This document shows, piece by piece, positions 9,804 through 20,182 of a stretch of DNA of 64,000 nt. A model generated the notes under the pieces. That model saw only the letters and a program-made list of their open reading frames with translations. It did no database searches and was not told where the DNA came from. The stretch covers positions 4,620 to 68,619 of the forward strand of contig MFZX01000029.1 in assembly GCA_001788095.1 (NCBI GenBank), written 5' to 3'. This DNA comes from Candidatus Roizmanbacteria bacterium RIFCSPHIGHO2_12_FULL_37_23 (lineage in GTDB: Bacteria; Patescibacteriota; Microgenomatia; UBA1406; HO2-37-13b). A program made the translations under genes and the position numbers. Numbering within the stretch: position 1 is the first letter of the stretch; the number at the start of each line of letters is the position of its first letter.

Positions 9804-10949
9804 ATGAAATGGCGATTAGTCGCTATTGTTAGTATTCGAACGATATGTCTTTTGACTGTTGCATTTCTTTCAGCACGACTTATTCCATATGCAGGTAATT
9901 TTCCATATAGAGACCTCCTCATAAGTTATAATTTATCTCAAGTACTGTACTCTTGGGCCAATTTTGATGGAGCTCACTATATAAATATTGCTCGAGATGG
10001 ATACCATCAGTTCGATCAAGCCTTCTTTCCTCTTTATCCCTTGATGATTCGTGCTCTCGGAGGACTCTTACATAAAGCTCATCTTTCTGCGGGATTGTTA
10101 GTATCTTATACCGGATTTTTTATTGGTATATATTATTTTCTAAAACTTTTTTCCTTTAAATATGACAAAAAGACAAGCGAATGGATTGTGATTTTTTTGG
10201 TGACGTTTCCTACTGCCTTTTTCTTTACTGCCGTATATACCGAAGGAATATTTCTCATGTTTATATGTTTGAGCCTTTATTTTTTTTATCAAAAAAAACA
10301 TGATAGAGCAGGAATTTTCGCTTTTTTAGCATCACTTACTCGCCTTCAGGGTTTCCTACTGATAATACCTTTCGTTATGTATTTCTATGAGAAGAAAAAG
10401 AATTTTATAAAAAATATTACTTACATGTGGTTCAAGCATCCTATTATATTGATCTCTCCATTTGCTGGACTTGGCGTCTATATGATCTTTCTCCAAGCAA
10501 AATTCGGAAATCCTCTTTATTTTTTTACTTCCCAACCTGCTTTTGGGGCGAATAGGTCAACATCACTCATATTACTTCCACAGGTTTATTACCGTTATCT
10601 ACGTATTTTTTTTACTGCAGATTTCACCTACCAATATTGTGTAGCCATGGTTGAGTTTATTTTTTTCAATTTTGTCTTAATTACAAGTCTTTTGTTTTTT
10701 ATCAATACTTGGCGAAGAAAAGACACATTTGGTATAGGAATTTCAATTTTTTCGCTTGCACACATCCTGCTTCCTCCACTTACGGGAACTTTTTCTTCAA
10801 TACCTCGATATGCTTTATTTGCATGGGCAATGTTTATACTTCTCGCTCAAATAAAGCACGTCGGAATAAAATACATCGTTATAGTTTTGTTTAGTATTCT
10901 TCAGATCATCTTCGCTTCACTTTTCATCCAAGGTTATTTTATAAGTTGA
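9804..10949 (+). CDS. Polytopic membrane protein, GT-C / PIG-V-like mannosyltransferase family (putative)
   Basis: About 10 hydrophobic segments. The N-terminal loop motif WANFDGAHYINIARDGY is typical of PIG-V/GT-C-like glycosyltransferases. Confidence 0.5.
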   Translation: MKWRLVAIVSIRTICLLTVAFLSARLIPYAGNFPYRDLLISYNLSQVLYSWANFDGAHYINIARDGYHQFDQAFFPLYPLMIRALGGLLHKAHLSAGLLVSYTGFFIGIYYFLKLFSFKYDKKTSEWIVIFLVTFPTAFFFTAVYTEGIFLMFICLSLYFFYQKKHDRAGIFAFLASLTRLQGFLLIIPFVMYFYEKKKNFIKNITYMWFKHPIILISPFAGLGVYMIFLQAKFGNPLYFFTSQPAFGANRSTSLILLPQVYYRYLRIFFTADFTYQYCVAMVEFIFFNFVLITSLLFFINTWRRKDTFGIGISIFSLAHILLPPLTGTFSSIPRYALFAWAMFILLAQIKHVGIKYIVIVLFSILQIIFASLFIQGYFIS

Positions 10950-10999
10950 TGCTCGGTTTGCAGTTTTCATATTAAGGATTATCGTGCTACAATATATAC

Positions 11000-11962
11000 A
11001 TGAAAAAAGTAGTTGTTATAGGTGGTGGTACAGGGACGTTTACTGTTTTGAGCGGAATCAAAGAAGAACCTTATGAAATTTCAGTGATTGTCTCTATGAT
11101 GGACAGTGGTGGAAGTACTGGTCGGCTCAGAGATCAGTTTGGTGTATTGCCACCAGGGGATATACGTCAATGTTTAGTAGCTCTTTCAGACGCCCCTGAT
11201 TTATGGCGTAAGCTTTTTCTTTATAGATTTGAAAATGGAGATTTTAGAGGTCATAATTTTGGTAATATTTTCCTAGCTGCGTTAGAAAAAACTACATCCG
11301 ATTATCAACAGGTTATTGATAGTGCTTCATATATATTACAAACAAAAGGAGATGTTATTCCCGTAACCTTTGACAAAGTTCATCTTTGTGCTGATTATGA
11401 GGATGGTGAAACACTTGAATCTGAAGAGCTTATTGATACAGCCTCACACAAAAAAAGTAGGATTTCAAAAGCATATCTTAAGCCTCGAGCAAAGGCTAAT
11501 CCACGAGCGCTCCAAGCTATACATAAGGCAGATTATATTATTATCGGACCTGGGGATCTTTATACGAGTCTTATTCCCAACCTACTCGTAGATGGAGTTC
11601 AGAAAGCTTTAGATAAATCAGAGGCAAAAATTATCAACTTTATGAACCTCATGACAAAATCAGGACAAACAACGCACTATACTGCCTCCGAACATGTTAA
11701 TGATTTAAAGAAATATATTGGAAGGAATATTGATTGTATTTTTGTTAATACAGGCAGAATTCGAGACGACATCCTTGATCATTATAGAAAATATAATGAA
11801 GATATTGTCGAAGACGACCTTGAAATGAATAGCAATATAATTCGTATAGATTTGGTTGCTAATGTGCGTTACAATGCTTCTAAGGCAGATAGGCACCCAA
11901 GGAGTATTCTGCGACATGATTCTGAAAAAGTTCTCAATGCACTTAAAAAGATTTTAACATAA
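11000..11962 (+). CDS. YvcK/CofD-family (UPF0052, gluconeogenesis factor-like) protein
   Basis: VVIGGGTGTFTVLSG, MMDSGGSTGRLRD, PPGDIRQC, IGPGDLYTSLIPNLLV. Confidence 0.8.
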   Translation: MKKVVVIGGGTGTFTVLSGIKEEPYEISVIVSMMDSGGSTGRLRDQFGVLPPGDIRQCLVALSDAPDLWRKLFLYRFENGDFRGHNFGNIFLAALEKTTSDYQQVIDSASYILQTKGDVIPVTFDKVHLCADYEDGETLESEELIDTASHKKSRISKAYLKPRAKANPRALQAIHKADYIIIGPGDLYTSLIPNLLVDGVQKALDKSEAKIINFMNLMTKSGQTTHYTASEHVNDLKKYIGRNIDCIFVNTGRIRDDILDHYRKYNEDIVEDDLEMNSNIIRIDLVANVRYNASKADRHPRSILRHDSEKVLNALKKILT

Positions 11963-12348
11963 TGGTACAAAGCATTAACAAGCGGGTAGAACAACACGGA
12001 AATGCCTTTAAAAACGCTATAAATGGTTTTAAATGGGCTATTCGATCTCAGGCAAACTACCAAATGCATCTTATCATCTCAATTATAGTAATGCTGGCGA
12101 GTTATATATTAAACATTAGTTATTTTGAATGGCTACTTGTTATTTTTGCAATAACAATCGGGCTCGTTGTTGAAGCGATTAATACAGCGATTGAAGCAAC
12201 AACAGATGCGATAACAAAGGAGTGGAAAAAAGAAATCAAAATTGCCAAGGATGTTTCAGCTGCTGCAATGTTAACCTACGTAGTCGGTGTAAGTATTCTT
12301 GCGTTGTTGATTTTTGTACCGAAGATTATTAACTTAATGGTTTATTGA
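11962..12348 (+). CDS. dgkA: Diacylglycerol/undecaprenol kinase (DgkA family)
   Basis: 128 aa, three TM segments, EAINTAIEATTD motif. The start overlaps the upstream stop. Confidence 0.7.
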   Translation: MVQSINKRVEQHGNAFKNAINGFKWAIRSQANYQMHLIISIIVMLASYILNISYFEWLLVIFAITIGLVVEAINTAIEATTDAITKEWKKEIKIAKDVSAAAMLTYVVGVSILALLIFVPKIINLMVY

Positions 12349-12366
12349 GAATGGGCTTCTAGGTTT

Positions 12367-13404
12367 ATGGCAATTTATTTACTCGTTTTTTTTATATCTT
12401 TCCTTGTTAATTTAGTTTTACTTATCCCTTTTATCAATTTATTGTACAAACTCAAATTTCAAAGGGCTTCTCAAGAAACACGAGACGCTTTTAACAAAAG
12501 AACGCCGATTTTCGATAAATTCCACAAACAAAAAGCAGGAACACCAGTTGGAGGTGGAATCCTCATAATTCTTACAACATTGTTCGGATTCACTTTATTT
12601 ATATTTTCCTTTGCCTTTATGGGAAAGGACATTGTATCTAATTATCAATCAATAACTTCTGAAATAAAAATTTTATTGTTTACGTTTCTATTTTTTTCCT
12701 TTTTAGGTCTCTATGATGATTTTAAAAAAATGTTCTTTTGGCGACAAGGATCCTTTTTTGGCCTTCGATTACGACATAAATTAATAATTGAATTACTATT
12801 GGCTACTATCGTTTCATATTGGATGTTTTCAGAACTCGACGTTAGTATTATCAACATACCTTACTTAGGGGTTTATGATCTTTCGTGGTGGTATATTCCT
12901 TTTGCAACATTTGTTATTGTTGCTTTTTCAAACGCTGTTAATATTTCCGATGGTCTTGATGGACTATCTAGTGGGGTGTTACTTATTGCACTTCTAGCCT
13001 TTTGGACGATATCTATATCTATACTAGACACTCCCTTATTAATATTTATTGCAGTATGGATAGGAGGACTTATTGCTTTTCTGTATTTTAATGTGTATCC
13101 AGCGCGACTTTTTTTGGGAGATACAGGAGCGCTATCATTTGGAGCAACTTTTGCTGTAATTGGACTCTTGCTTGGAAAAGTTTTTGCTCTGACTATTATC
13201 GGAGGCGTGTTCGTTGCGGAAATTCTTTCATCACTCATACAACTTGTATCAAAAAAATATCGAGGGAAAAAGCTTTTTCCTGTAGCTCCAATTCACCTAT
13301 GGCTTCAATATAAAGGATGGGAAGAACCTAAAATTGTTATGCGTGCTTGGGTCATCTCCATTCTCTTTGCCGTATTTGGACTTATGATTGCGTTTCTCAA
13401 GTAA
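12367..13404 (+). CDS. mraY: Phospho-N-acetylmuramoyl-pentapeptide transferase
   Basis: Polytopic membrane protein with NAVNISDGLDGL and LFLGDTGALSFG motifs. Confidence 0.9.
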   Translation: MAIYLLVFFISFLVNLVLLIPFINLLYKLKFQRASQETRDAFNKRTPIFDKFHKQKAGTPVGGGILIILTTLFGFTLFIFSFAFMGKDIVSNYQSITSEIKILLFTFLFFSFLGLYDDFKKMFFWRQGSFFGLRLRHKLIIELLLATIVSYWMFSELDVSIINIPYLGVYDLSWWYIPFATFVIVAFSNAVNISDGLDGLSSGVLLIALLAFWTISISILDTPLLIFIAVWIGGLIAFLYFNVYPARLFLGDTGALSFGATFAVIGLLLGKVFALTIIGGVFVAEILSSLIQLVSKKYRGKKLFPVAPIHLWLQYKGWEEPKIVMRAWVISILFAVFGLMIAFLK

Positions 13405-13433
13405 ATATACTATAAGTTTTCTATAATGAGTAT

Positions 13434-14780
13434 ATGATTTCGGCAAAAGAATTTGTATTTGTAGACTATAAACCAGATTGGCAAAAAGGTGAGATTTTCT
13501 TTACCTATTCAATTGACCTTGATGGGTCAACGCCAAAAACCTTTATTGAAAAACTTGAGCTTCCAAAACCAGTCGACATTAGCAAGATTTCGAATGTTAC
13601 TCTCAATAACATTCTCCAGAGTATTCATTTAGTTCTTGGAGTAAGTTATTATAAATTATTCGTTCCTCCAAAAATTTCAACTTCAAAATACACACTCACA
13701 AAGGAACAAGCACATTTTTGGGACATTCTTTATACAAAAGGATTAGGGGAATTTTTTTATAAGAATAAACTTGATTATCGCGGATTAATACACTTTCCTT
13801 TTGGTGATAATCCTTCGACTATTGATAGCAATACGCATCATCCTACGGATCGTTCACTCGTTACTCTTGGTGGGGGTAAGGACTCAATCGTTACATTAGA
13901 ACTTCTAAAGGAAAAGAATATAAATTTTGATCTTTTTTCTCTTAATATTTTTCCAGTACAAGAAAAAGTAGCAGCAATTGCTCAAAAAAAAGCTATGGTT
14001 GTTCGCAGGACGATCGACAAACAGATACTTGAGCTGAACCAAACGGGCCAGGTATATAACGGTCATGTTCCTATTTCTGCGATTTACGCATTTGTAGCCC
14101 TTCTATATGCTCTGCTGTACGATTATTCGTACATAGTTTTTTCAAATGAGAGAAGCAGTAATTATGGGAACATTACCTATTTAGATGAAGTTGTAAGCCA
14201 CCAATGGAGTAAGTCATTTGAATTCGAAATATTATTCTCAGAATATATAAAGATGTTTGTCTCTAAAGATGTGCAATACTTTTCTTTTATAAGACCATTT
14301 TATGAGATCAAAATTGCAGAAATTTTTACGCGCTTCCCACAATATTTTCAGACATTTTCAAGCAGTAATCATAATTTTAGAATAAACAAAAATAATAATT
14401 CACATCGGTGGGATTATTCATCAGCAAAGACCGTTTTTGTATTCTGTATTCTTTCCGCATTTCTCCCAAAAAAACACATGCTTGAGATATTCGATAAGAA
14501 TTTGTACAGCGAAAAAAGACTTATACCTATTTTCCAAGAACTCTTAGGAGAAGGAAACACGAAACCATTTGAATGCGTTGGAACTCCACAGGAAATGAAA
14601 GTTGCTTTATACAGAGCATATAGACGAGGAGAATATCTGAATGATTGTATTATGGAAGAATTAGAGGATAGATTGTTAAGTAATATTGAGAGCATCGCAC
14701 AAGCTGAGAGAGAAGTGTTTTCATATGGTAATGACAGTAATATCCCTGAGAAGTTTAAATCTATTATTCATGAAAATTGA
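13434..14780 (+). CDS. PP-loop (adenine nucleotide alpha-hydrolase-like) ATPase of unknown function
   Basis: The LGGGKDS motif (SGGxDS-type PP-loop) sits at about aa 145, followed by Rossmann-like alternation. No recognisable tRNA-modification C-terminal domain. The 3' end overlaps the murD start by 11 nt. Confidence 0.5.
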   Translation: MISAKEFVFVDYKPDWQKGEIFFTYSIDLDGSTPKTFIEKLELPKPVDISKISNVTLNNILQSIHLVLGVSYYKLFVPPKISTSKYTLTKEQAHFWDILYTKGLGEFFYKNKLDYRGLIHFPFGDNPSTIDSNTHHPTDRSLVTLGGGKDSIVTLELLKEKNINFDLFSLNIFPVQEKVAAIAQKKAMVVRRTIDKQILELNQTGQVYNGHVPISAIYAFVALLYALLYDYSYIVFSNERSSNYGNITYLDEVVSHQWSKSFEFEILFSEYIKMFVSKDVQYFSFIRPFYEIKIAEIFTRFPQYFQTFSSSNHNFRINKNNNSHRWDYSSAKTVFVFCILSAFLPKKHMLEIFDKNLYSEKRLIPIFQELLGEGNTKPFECVGTPQEMKVALYRAYRRGEYLNDCIMEELEDRLLSNIESIAQAEREVFSYGNDSNIPEKFKSIIHEN

Positions 14781-16011
14781 TGCTATTCGCGAATATAAAA
14801 AAATCCTTATTTTAGGATATGGTGTAGAAGGGAGATCTACAGAGAAATTTTTAAGAAAGTTTGCTCCAGATGTCACCATTGAAACAGCTGATCAAAAAGA
14901 TGGCCCAGATTACCTCGAAAAACAAAAATCATGCAACCTTGTAATTAAGTCACCAGGAATTCCTAAAAAGTTTGTAACAAAACCATACACAACTGCCACG
15001 AACATTTTTTTTGCAAACTCAAAATATAGAACTATTGGAATAACTGGTACAAAAGGAAAAAGTACAACAAGTCATTTGGTGCATAGTATTTTACGTAACG
15101 CGGGAAAAAGTTCAGAGTTGGCTGGAAATATCGGAGAACCAATGCTTGATCTTCTTTTAAGTGATATTGATGAGTCATCGATCATCGTTCTGGAATTGTC
15201 AAGCTATCAGTTGGAGGATATACAATATTCACCCCATGTTTCATGTATCCTTAATATTTATCAAGAACTACACAATCACGTATCCTTTGGAGCCTATTTT
15301 GAAGCAAAAGCTCAAATAGCTAAATACGCCTCGAAGAAAGATTATTATGTATATAACAGTGGTCAACTAGAACTTGAACAGCTGGTTTTTCATACAAAAG
15401 CTCAACCCGTAGCGTACAAGGACAATGATGAATCCGATATCGGACCTTTTTATCAATCTAATGTTTCAGCTTCTCTTACAGTAACCTCATTATTTGGTAT
15501 AAATCGAAATGCTGCGAGAGAAATAATTAGTCAAACAAAGCCGCTTCTTCATCGGCACCAATATGTCGGGATATTTAAAGGAATAAAATTTTATAACGAT
15601 TCTGCTGCAAATCATCCCGCTGCGACACTCCAAGCTCTCTCAAGAATTACGAATGTGAGTACAATCTTGTTAGGGGGACAAAACAGGGAGTATGATTTTC
15701 GAGACTTAGTAGAAAAACTTTTTGAATTACACATTGACAATATTGTACTTTTTCCTGATACTGAAATCGTTCTAGAAAAGTTAATCAATAAAAAGAGAGA
15801 ATATAGACCACGAATTTTTACAACAAACAATATGGAAGATGCGGTTGATTTTGCCTATAAACATAGTCCGTCGGGCACAGCATGTTTACTGTCTCCTGGA
15901 GCGCCTAGCTATACAATGTTTAGGAATTTCCCCGAGAGAGGAAATGAATTTATGAGGTGCGTAAAACAATATGAAGAAAAAGAAAAAAATCCTCAAAAAA
16001 CTTCAAATTGA
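14770..16011 (+). CDS. murD: UDP-N-acetylmuramoylalanine--glutamate ligase
   Basis: MKIDAIREYKKILILGYGVEGRS N-terminal Rossmann region. P-loop GITGTKGKSTT. SPGAPSYTMF near the C-terminus. The start is taken at the internal ATG 14770, because the 28-aa extension of the ORF track lies inside the upstream gene. Confidence 0.85.
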   Translation: MKIDAIREYKKILILGYGVEGRSTEKFLRKFAPDVTIETADQKDGPDYLEKQKSCNLVIKSPGIPKKFVTKPYTTATNIFFANSKYRTIGITGTKGKSTTSHLVHSILRNAGKSSELAGNIGEPMLDLLLSDIDESSIIVLELSSYQLEDIQYSPHVSCILNIYQELHNHVSFGAYFEAKAQIAKYASKKDYYVYNSGQLELEQLVFHTKAQPVAYKDNDESDIGPFYQSNVSASLTVTSLFGINRNAAREIISQTKPLLHRHQYVGIFKGIKFYNDSAANHPAATLQALSRITNVSTILLGGQNREYDFRDLVEKLFELHIDNIVLFPDTEIVLEKLINKKREYRPRIFTTNNMEDAVDFAYKHSPSGTACLLSPGAPSYTMFRNFPERGNEFMRCVKQYEEKEKNPQKTSN

Positions 16012-17074
16012 TCAAAAAAAACAGATAGGAACTCTTATTGGGGTGCCTTTACTACTCACTATTATTGGACTTTTTTTTATTTTTGAAGCATCATCGGTTA
16101 GTGCGTTTAGAGGTCTTGGAGATAGTTTTCATTACATGAAGCTTCAAATCATTTGGGCATCTCTGGGGTTTTTTATTATGATTTTCTTTTCTGTCTTCGA
16201 TTACCGTAAGCTTTACTATATATCCTTTCCTGCATTACTTATTTCAATAATATTTCTCATTCTTGTGCTTATACCAGGAATAGGAACCCATGTCGCGGGT
16301 GCGCGACGTTGGATAAGCCTGGGATCATTTACTTTTCAGCCTACAGAAGCTGCTAAGTTCTCTATTATTCTCTATTTATCTTCGTGGTTTTTGCATAAAG
16401 AAAGAGAGCGTTTTGTGTCGTTTTTATTACTTCTCCTTTTCATGATAGGTTTGATTATGGTGCAGCCAGATATGGGGACAGCTATCATTATTTTCTCGCT
16501 TTTTATTACAATATACTATTTTTCTGGCGAGTCACTAAAATATCTTTTTTTTCTTATTCCTATAGCTTTTGGAGGCTTTTTCTTTCTTATTGCAACATCA
16601 TCTTATCGTATGAGACGGCTAATGGCATACATAAATCCTAGTATTGACCCGGAAGGAATAGGTTACCATATCCGACAGATATTGATCTCGTTATCTGCCG
16701 GTGGAATTATAGGTAGAGGGTTTGCAAGCTCAAGGCAAAAATATCAATTTCTTCCTGAAGCTCATACTGACTCGATTTTCGCAATTATTGGTGAAGAGGT
16801 TGGTTTTATAGGCTCATTTATTCTTATAGTACTTTACTTAGTACTTATGTATACGCTTCTTAAGACTGCGAAACATGCAAAAGATCGATTTGGTAAATTA
16901 TTAGTAAGCTCAATATTTTGTCTTCTTTGTTTACAGCTTATTATTAATCTTGGTGGTATGGTAGGGTTAATTCCATTGACCGGTGTACCATTGCCGTTTA
17001 TTTCGTATGGAGGATCAAGTCTTTTAGTTTTCTATTCTCTCATTGGTATATCTATTAGCGTTGCTCGAAGATGA
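15971..17074 (+). CDS. ftsW: SEDS family peptidoglycan glycosyltransferase FtsW
   Basis: Polytopic membrane protein. SEDS motifs: QPTEAAKF, QPDMGTA, LPEAHTDSIFA, PLPFISYGGSS. Located between murD and murG. Confidence 0.85.
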   Translation: MKKKKKILKKLQIDQKKQIGTLIGVPLLLTIIGLFFIFEASSVSAFRGLGDSFHYMKLQIIWASLGFFIMIFFSVFDYRKLYYISFPALLISIIFLILVLIPGIGTHVAGARRWISLGSFTFQPTEAAKFSIILYLSSWFLHKERERFVSFLLLLLFMIGLIMVQPDMGTAIIIFSLFITIYYFSGESLKYLFFLIPIAFGGFFFLIATSSYRMRRLMAYINPSIDPEGIGYHIRQILISLSAGGIIGRGFASSRQKYQFLPEAHTDSIFAIIGEEVGFIGSFILIVLYLVLMYTLLKTAKHAKDRFGKLLVSSIFCLLCLQLIINLGGMVGLIPLTGVPLPFISYGGSSLLVFYSLIGISISVARR

Positions 17075-17089
17075 TACAATATTCTTAGC

Positions 17090-18166
17090 ATGAAGATATT
17101 AATAACTGGTGGACATGCTACTCCTGCTCTAGCTGTCATTGAGGAACTTCAAAAACGGAAAGACGTTCAGATTATATTTGTTGGCAGACAATATACGGTT
17201 GATAATGAACTAACGTTGTCATACGAATATACTCAGGTAGAAAAACTTAAAATACCTTTTATACATCTCACAACAGGAAAATTTTCTCGATCAATATCTT
17301 TGAAAAGCATTCTTAATATTGGTAAAATTTTTATCGGAATTCTCCAGAGCAGAAAGATTATACACGAGCATAAACCTGATGCAATTCTGACGTTTGGTGG
17401 GTATATAGGATTTCCAATTGCTCTAGCTGCACATGATCGGAAAATTCCTGTATACATACATGAACAGACTATTAATCCTGGCCTGACAAATAGACTTTTG
17501 GCGAGAATTGCAACCAAGATATTTATTGCATTTCCACAAGCACAAAGAGTCTTTCCAAGTAAAAAAACAATACTCACAGGTAATCCTATACGCACATCAA
17601 TTCTAAAAAATGTAGAAAAACCCTTTATAAAAATAGGAAATAATCCAATCCTTTTTATTATGGGTGGAACCCTTGGATCGCATAGTCTTAATGTTCATAT
17701 TGAAAATATCTTAGAAGAATTGACTAAAGATTTTATTGTTATACACCAAACAGGAAATATTCAGGAATACAATGACTTTGAGAGGTTATCTTCGCTTCGG
17801 ATAAAAAATTACTTCCCCGCACCTCATATGTATCAAAATGAAATAGGTTGGGTCTATAAACATGCTTCGATAGTTGTTTCTCGCGCGGGAGCAAATACAG
17901 TCTTTGAACTGATGCATTTTAATATACCTTCCGTGCTTGTTCCTCTGCCATGGTCAGCAGGAAAAGAACAAGACAAACATGCTTATTTTATGCACGAAGC
18001 AGGAGTCTCAGAAGTATTTGATCAATCAAAAGATAGCGAAGAGCTTTTGTTGTTAATAAAAAAGGTATTTTTTAATAATAAATACTATCAAGAACATTTT
18101 CCACAACTTAAAAAATATATTCAAGACGATGTTGCGGCGAAAATAGTGCATGAAATCCTACAATGA
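17090..18166 (+). CDS. murG: UDP-GlcNAc--undecaprenyl-PP-MurNAc-pentapeptide GlcNAc transferase
   Basis: ITGGHATPALAV N-terminal G-loop, HEQT, SRAGANTVFEL. Typical position after ftsW. Confidence 0.85.
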   Translation: MKILITGGHATPALAVIEELQKRKDVQIIFVGRQYTVDNELTLSYEYTQVEKLKIPFIHLTTGKFSRSISLKSILNIGKIFIGILQSRKIIHEHKPDAILTFGGYIGFPIALAAHDRKIPVYIHEQTINPGLTNRLLARIATKIFIAFPQAQRVFPSKKTILTGNPIRTSILKNVEKPFIKIGNNPILFIMGGTLGSHSLNVHIENILEELTKDFIVIHQTGNIQEYNDFERLSSLRIKNYFPAPHMYQNEIGWVYKHASIVVSRAGANTVFELMHFNIPSVLVPLPWSAGKEQDKHAYFMHEAGVSEVFDQSKDSEELLLLIKKVFFNNKYYQEHFPQLKKYIQDDVAAKIVHEILQ

Positions 18167-18894
18167 TGAGAATAAAAATCTTCATATTAAAAACTCTACA
18201 ACCTATTCGTAAAATTTCAACTAATATTTATTTACTAGTTTTTGTAGCAGCGCTTATAATCTTATTTTTTTCCAGATTTTTTTTCGTCATAAAACATATA
18301 AATATACAAGGAATAGATAATCTGAATGGGATTACACAATACTCACAAAAGTCATACTTTTTTATTTCTCCTAAAGAAATTGAGCAGAATCTTTACAGTC
18401 TCAATCCGAATATCAAATCTATAAAAGTTGAGACAAAATCCCCAGATACAATTGACATTGTTGTTGTAAAGAACAGAGTTACTGCTAAACTCGCAATCGC
18501 AGATGGGGAATTGCTTTTATCTAACGATGGAAGAATTATCGCTAAACAAAGAGAGAAGACATTGGTCCACTCAGTCCCGATCATCAATTATTATCAAAAA
18601 CTATATTTTAATCAATATCGAGCTGGTGAGGTTATACAGCACAAAGACATAGTGTATAGCCTTCAATTTGCAGACGGCATTAACGAGGTAGGGATTAAGG
18701 TTGAAGGCATTGATATTATGAATGAGAATATGATAGTATTAAGAGCAAGAGAAAGCCAGTATATATTCACCACAAACAGGGATATGAAAGCTCAGGTTGC
18801 TGAGATTAAGTTTATTATTGAACAATTGGTGATAAAAGGAACAAACTATAAAAGCATTGATGTTAGGTTTGAAAAACCAGTAATCATATATTAA
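18163..18894 (+). CDS. ftsQ: FtsQ/DivIB-like cell division protein
   Basis: Single N-terminal TM followed by a POTRA-like region (IKHINIQGIDNL...). Synteny between murG and ftsA. Sequence similarity is weak. Confidence 0.55.
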   Translation: MMRIKIFILKTLQPIRKISTNIYLLVFVAALIILFFSRFFFVIKHINIQGIDNLNGITQYSQKSYFFISPKEIEQNLYSLNPNIKSIKVETKSPDTIDIVVVKNRVTAKLAIADGELLLSNDGRIIAKQREKTLVHSVPIINYYQKLYFNQYRAGEVIQHKDIVYSLQFADGINEVGIKVEGIDIMNENMIVLRARESQYIFTTNRDMKAQVAEIKFIIEQLVIKGTNYKSIDVRFEKPVIIY

Positions 18895-18909
18895 TACCTC
18901 GTATAAAAT

Positions 18910-20181
18910 ATGGCAGACACTATATTGTGCGGGATTGACGTTGGGTCCTCAAAAATTTCAACGATAATCGCAAAGCAATCTGAAGAAGAACGCGAACCTC
19001 GTGTTATGGGTTTTTCAAGTATACCCTCAAGGGGAGTGAGAAGAGGTCAAATCGTTGACATTCATCAAGTCACTGATGCAGTTGAGGAATCCGTAGAAAA
19101 AGCTGAGCGTATGGCTGGAGCTAAAGTTCAATCCGCTTATATTGCTGTTGGTGGTCCTCATATTGAATCACTCAACTCACATGGAGTTGTTGCTGTGTCA
19201 CAACCAGATATTGAGATATCTCATGATGATATGGTTCGTGTTATTGATGCAGCCAAAGCGATTTCGATTTCCTCAACAAGAGAGGTAATCGAAGTAGTTC
19301 CTCGTGAGTATATTGTTGATGGTCAAGATGGTATTAAAAGTCCACTCGGAATGAGTGGGGTCCGTCTTGAAGTGAATACGCACATAATCACAGCAAGCTT
19401 GACCAATCTTAAAAACCTAGAGCGATGTCTTGCCGATCTTGGTATTGAAACCAGAGCATATGTGTTTTCTGGATTATCTTCTGCTTTAGCAGTATTATCT
19501 GATACAGAGAAAGAACTTGGGGTAGTTGTTGTTGATATTGGTGGTGGTAAGACTGACGTATGTGTTTATGTAGAAGGGGCTTTGAGTTATTCTTCTTCAA
19601 TTCCAATTGGCGCTCGTCACATAACTAATGATATAGCTGTTGGTCTTCGCATATCTCTAGAATCTGCTGAAAAAATAAAGTTGTATCTTACTGACGAAAA
19701 AGTCAAGCAAAAGATGAAGGAAGAGAAACAGGATGACATCGATGTCACGCATCTAGGTATTATTGAAGGACTAAAGTCATTTTCTTACAAGACGGTTATT
19801 GATGGTATAATAAGACCCCGCTCTGAAGAGATATTTGATAAGGTTTTAGAGGAGATTGATAAAAGCGGATTTATCAATCAAATACCTTCAGGACTTGTAA
19901 TATCAGGGGGTGGAGCTATGACCACAGGGCTTATTGATGCAGCAAAAAGAATTATCGGTATGCCTGCTCGTATAGGAAAACCGCAATTTATTAGCGGACT
20001 GATAGATGAGGTTATGTACCCTCAATACGCAAGTGTTGTGGGACTTCTCCTTTATGCCAGAGACGAGGGTGTTGTTGATCAGAAGCTACATTTTAAAGAT
20101 TTTGATAAAATATTCAGGAATTTATCATTAAAGGGCTCGTTTAAAAAGACTTTTGATTTATTCAAGTCATTTATACCCTAA
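18910..20181 (+). CDS. ftsA: Cell division protein FtsA
   Basis: Actin-fold motifs GIDVGSSKI, VVDIGGGKTD and ISGGGA. Confidence 0.9.
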   Translation: MADTILCGIDVGSSKISTIIAKQSEEEREPRVMGFSSIPSRGVRRGQIVDIHQVTDAVEESVEKAERMAGAKVQSAYIAVGGPHIESLNSHGVVAVSQPDIEISHDDMVRVIDAAKAISISSTREVIEVVPREYIVDGQDGIKSPLGMSGVRLEVNTHIITASLTNLKNLERCLADLGIETRAYVFSGLSSALAVLSDTEKELGVVVVDIGGGKTDVCVYVEGALSYSSSIPIGARHITNDIAVGLRISLESAEKIKLYLTDEKVKQKMKEEKQDDIDVTHLGIIEGLKSFSYKTVIDGIIRPRSEEIFDKVLEEIDKSGFINQIPSGLVISGGGAMTTGLIDAAKRIIGMPARIGKPQFISGLIDEVMYPQYASVVGLLLYARDEGVVDQKLHFKDFDKIFRNLSLKGSFKKTFDLFKSFIP

Positions 20182-20182
20182 A

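Noticed and set aside
14686-14769. N-terminal extensions suggested by the ORF track for murD (14686), ftsZ (20153), rplU (25518, TTG), the histidine phosphatase (36336, TTG), GT2 (30925, TTG) and atpE (50297, TTG).
   Set aside because: The extensions overlap the upstream gene or consist of non-conserved sequence. Internal ATG codons give N-termini that match the family consensus (e.g. MKFAIIRTGGKQY for L21, MLVKPK... just after the ftsA stop).
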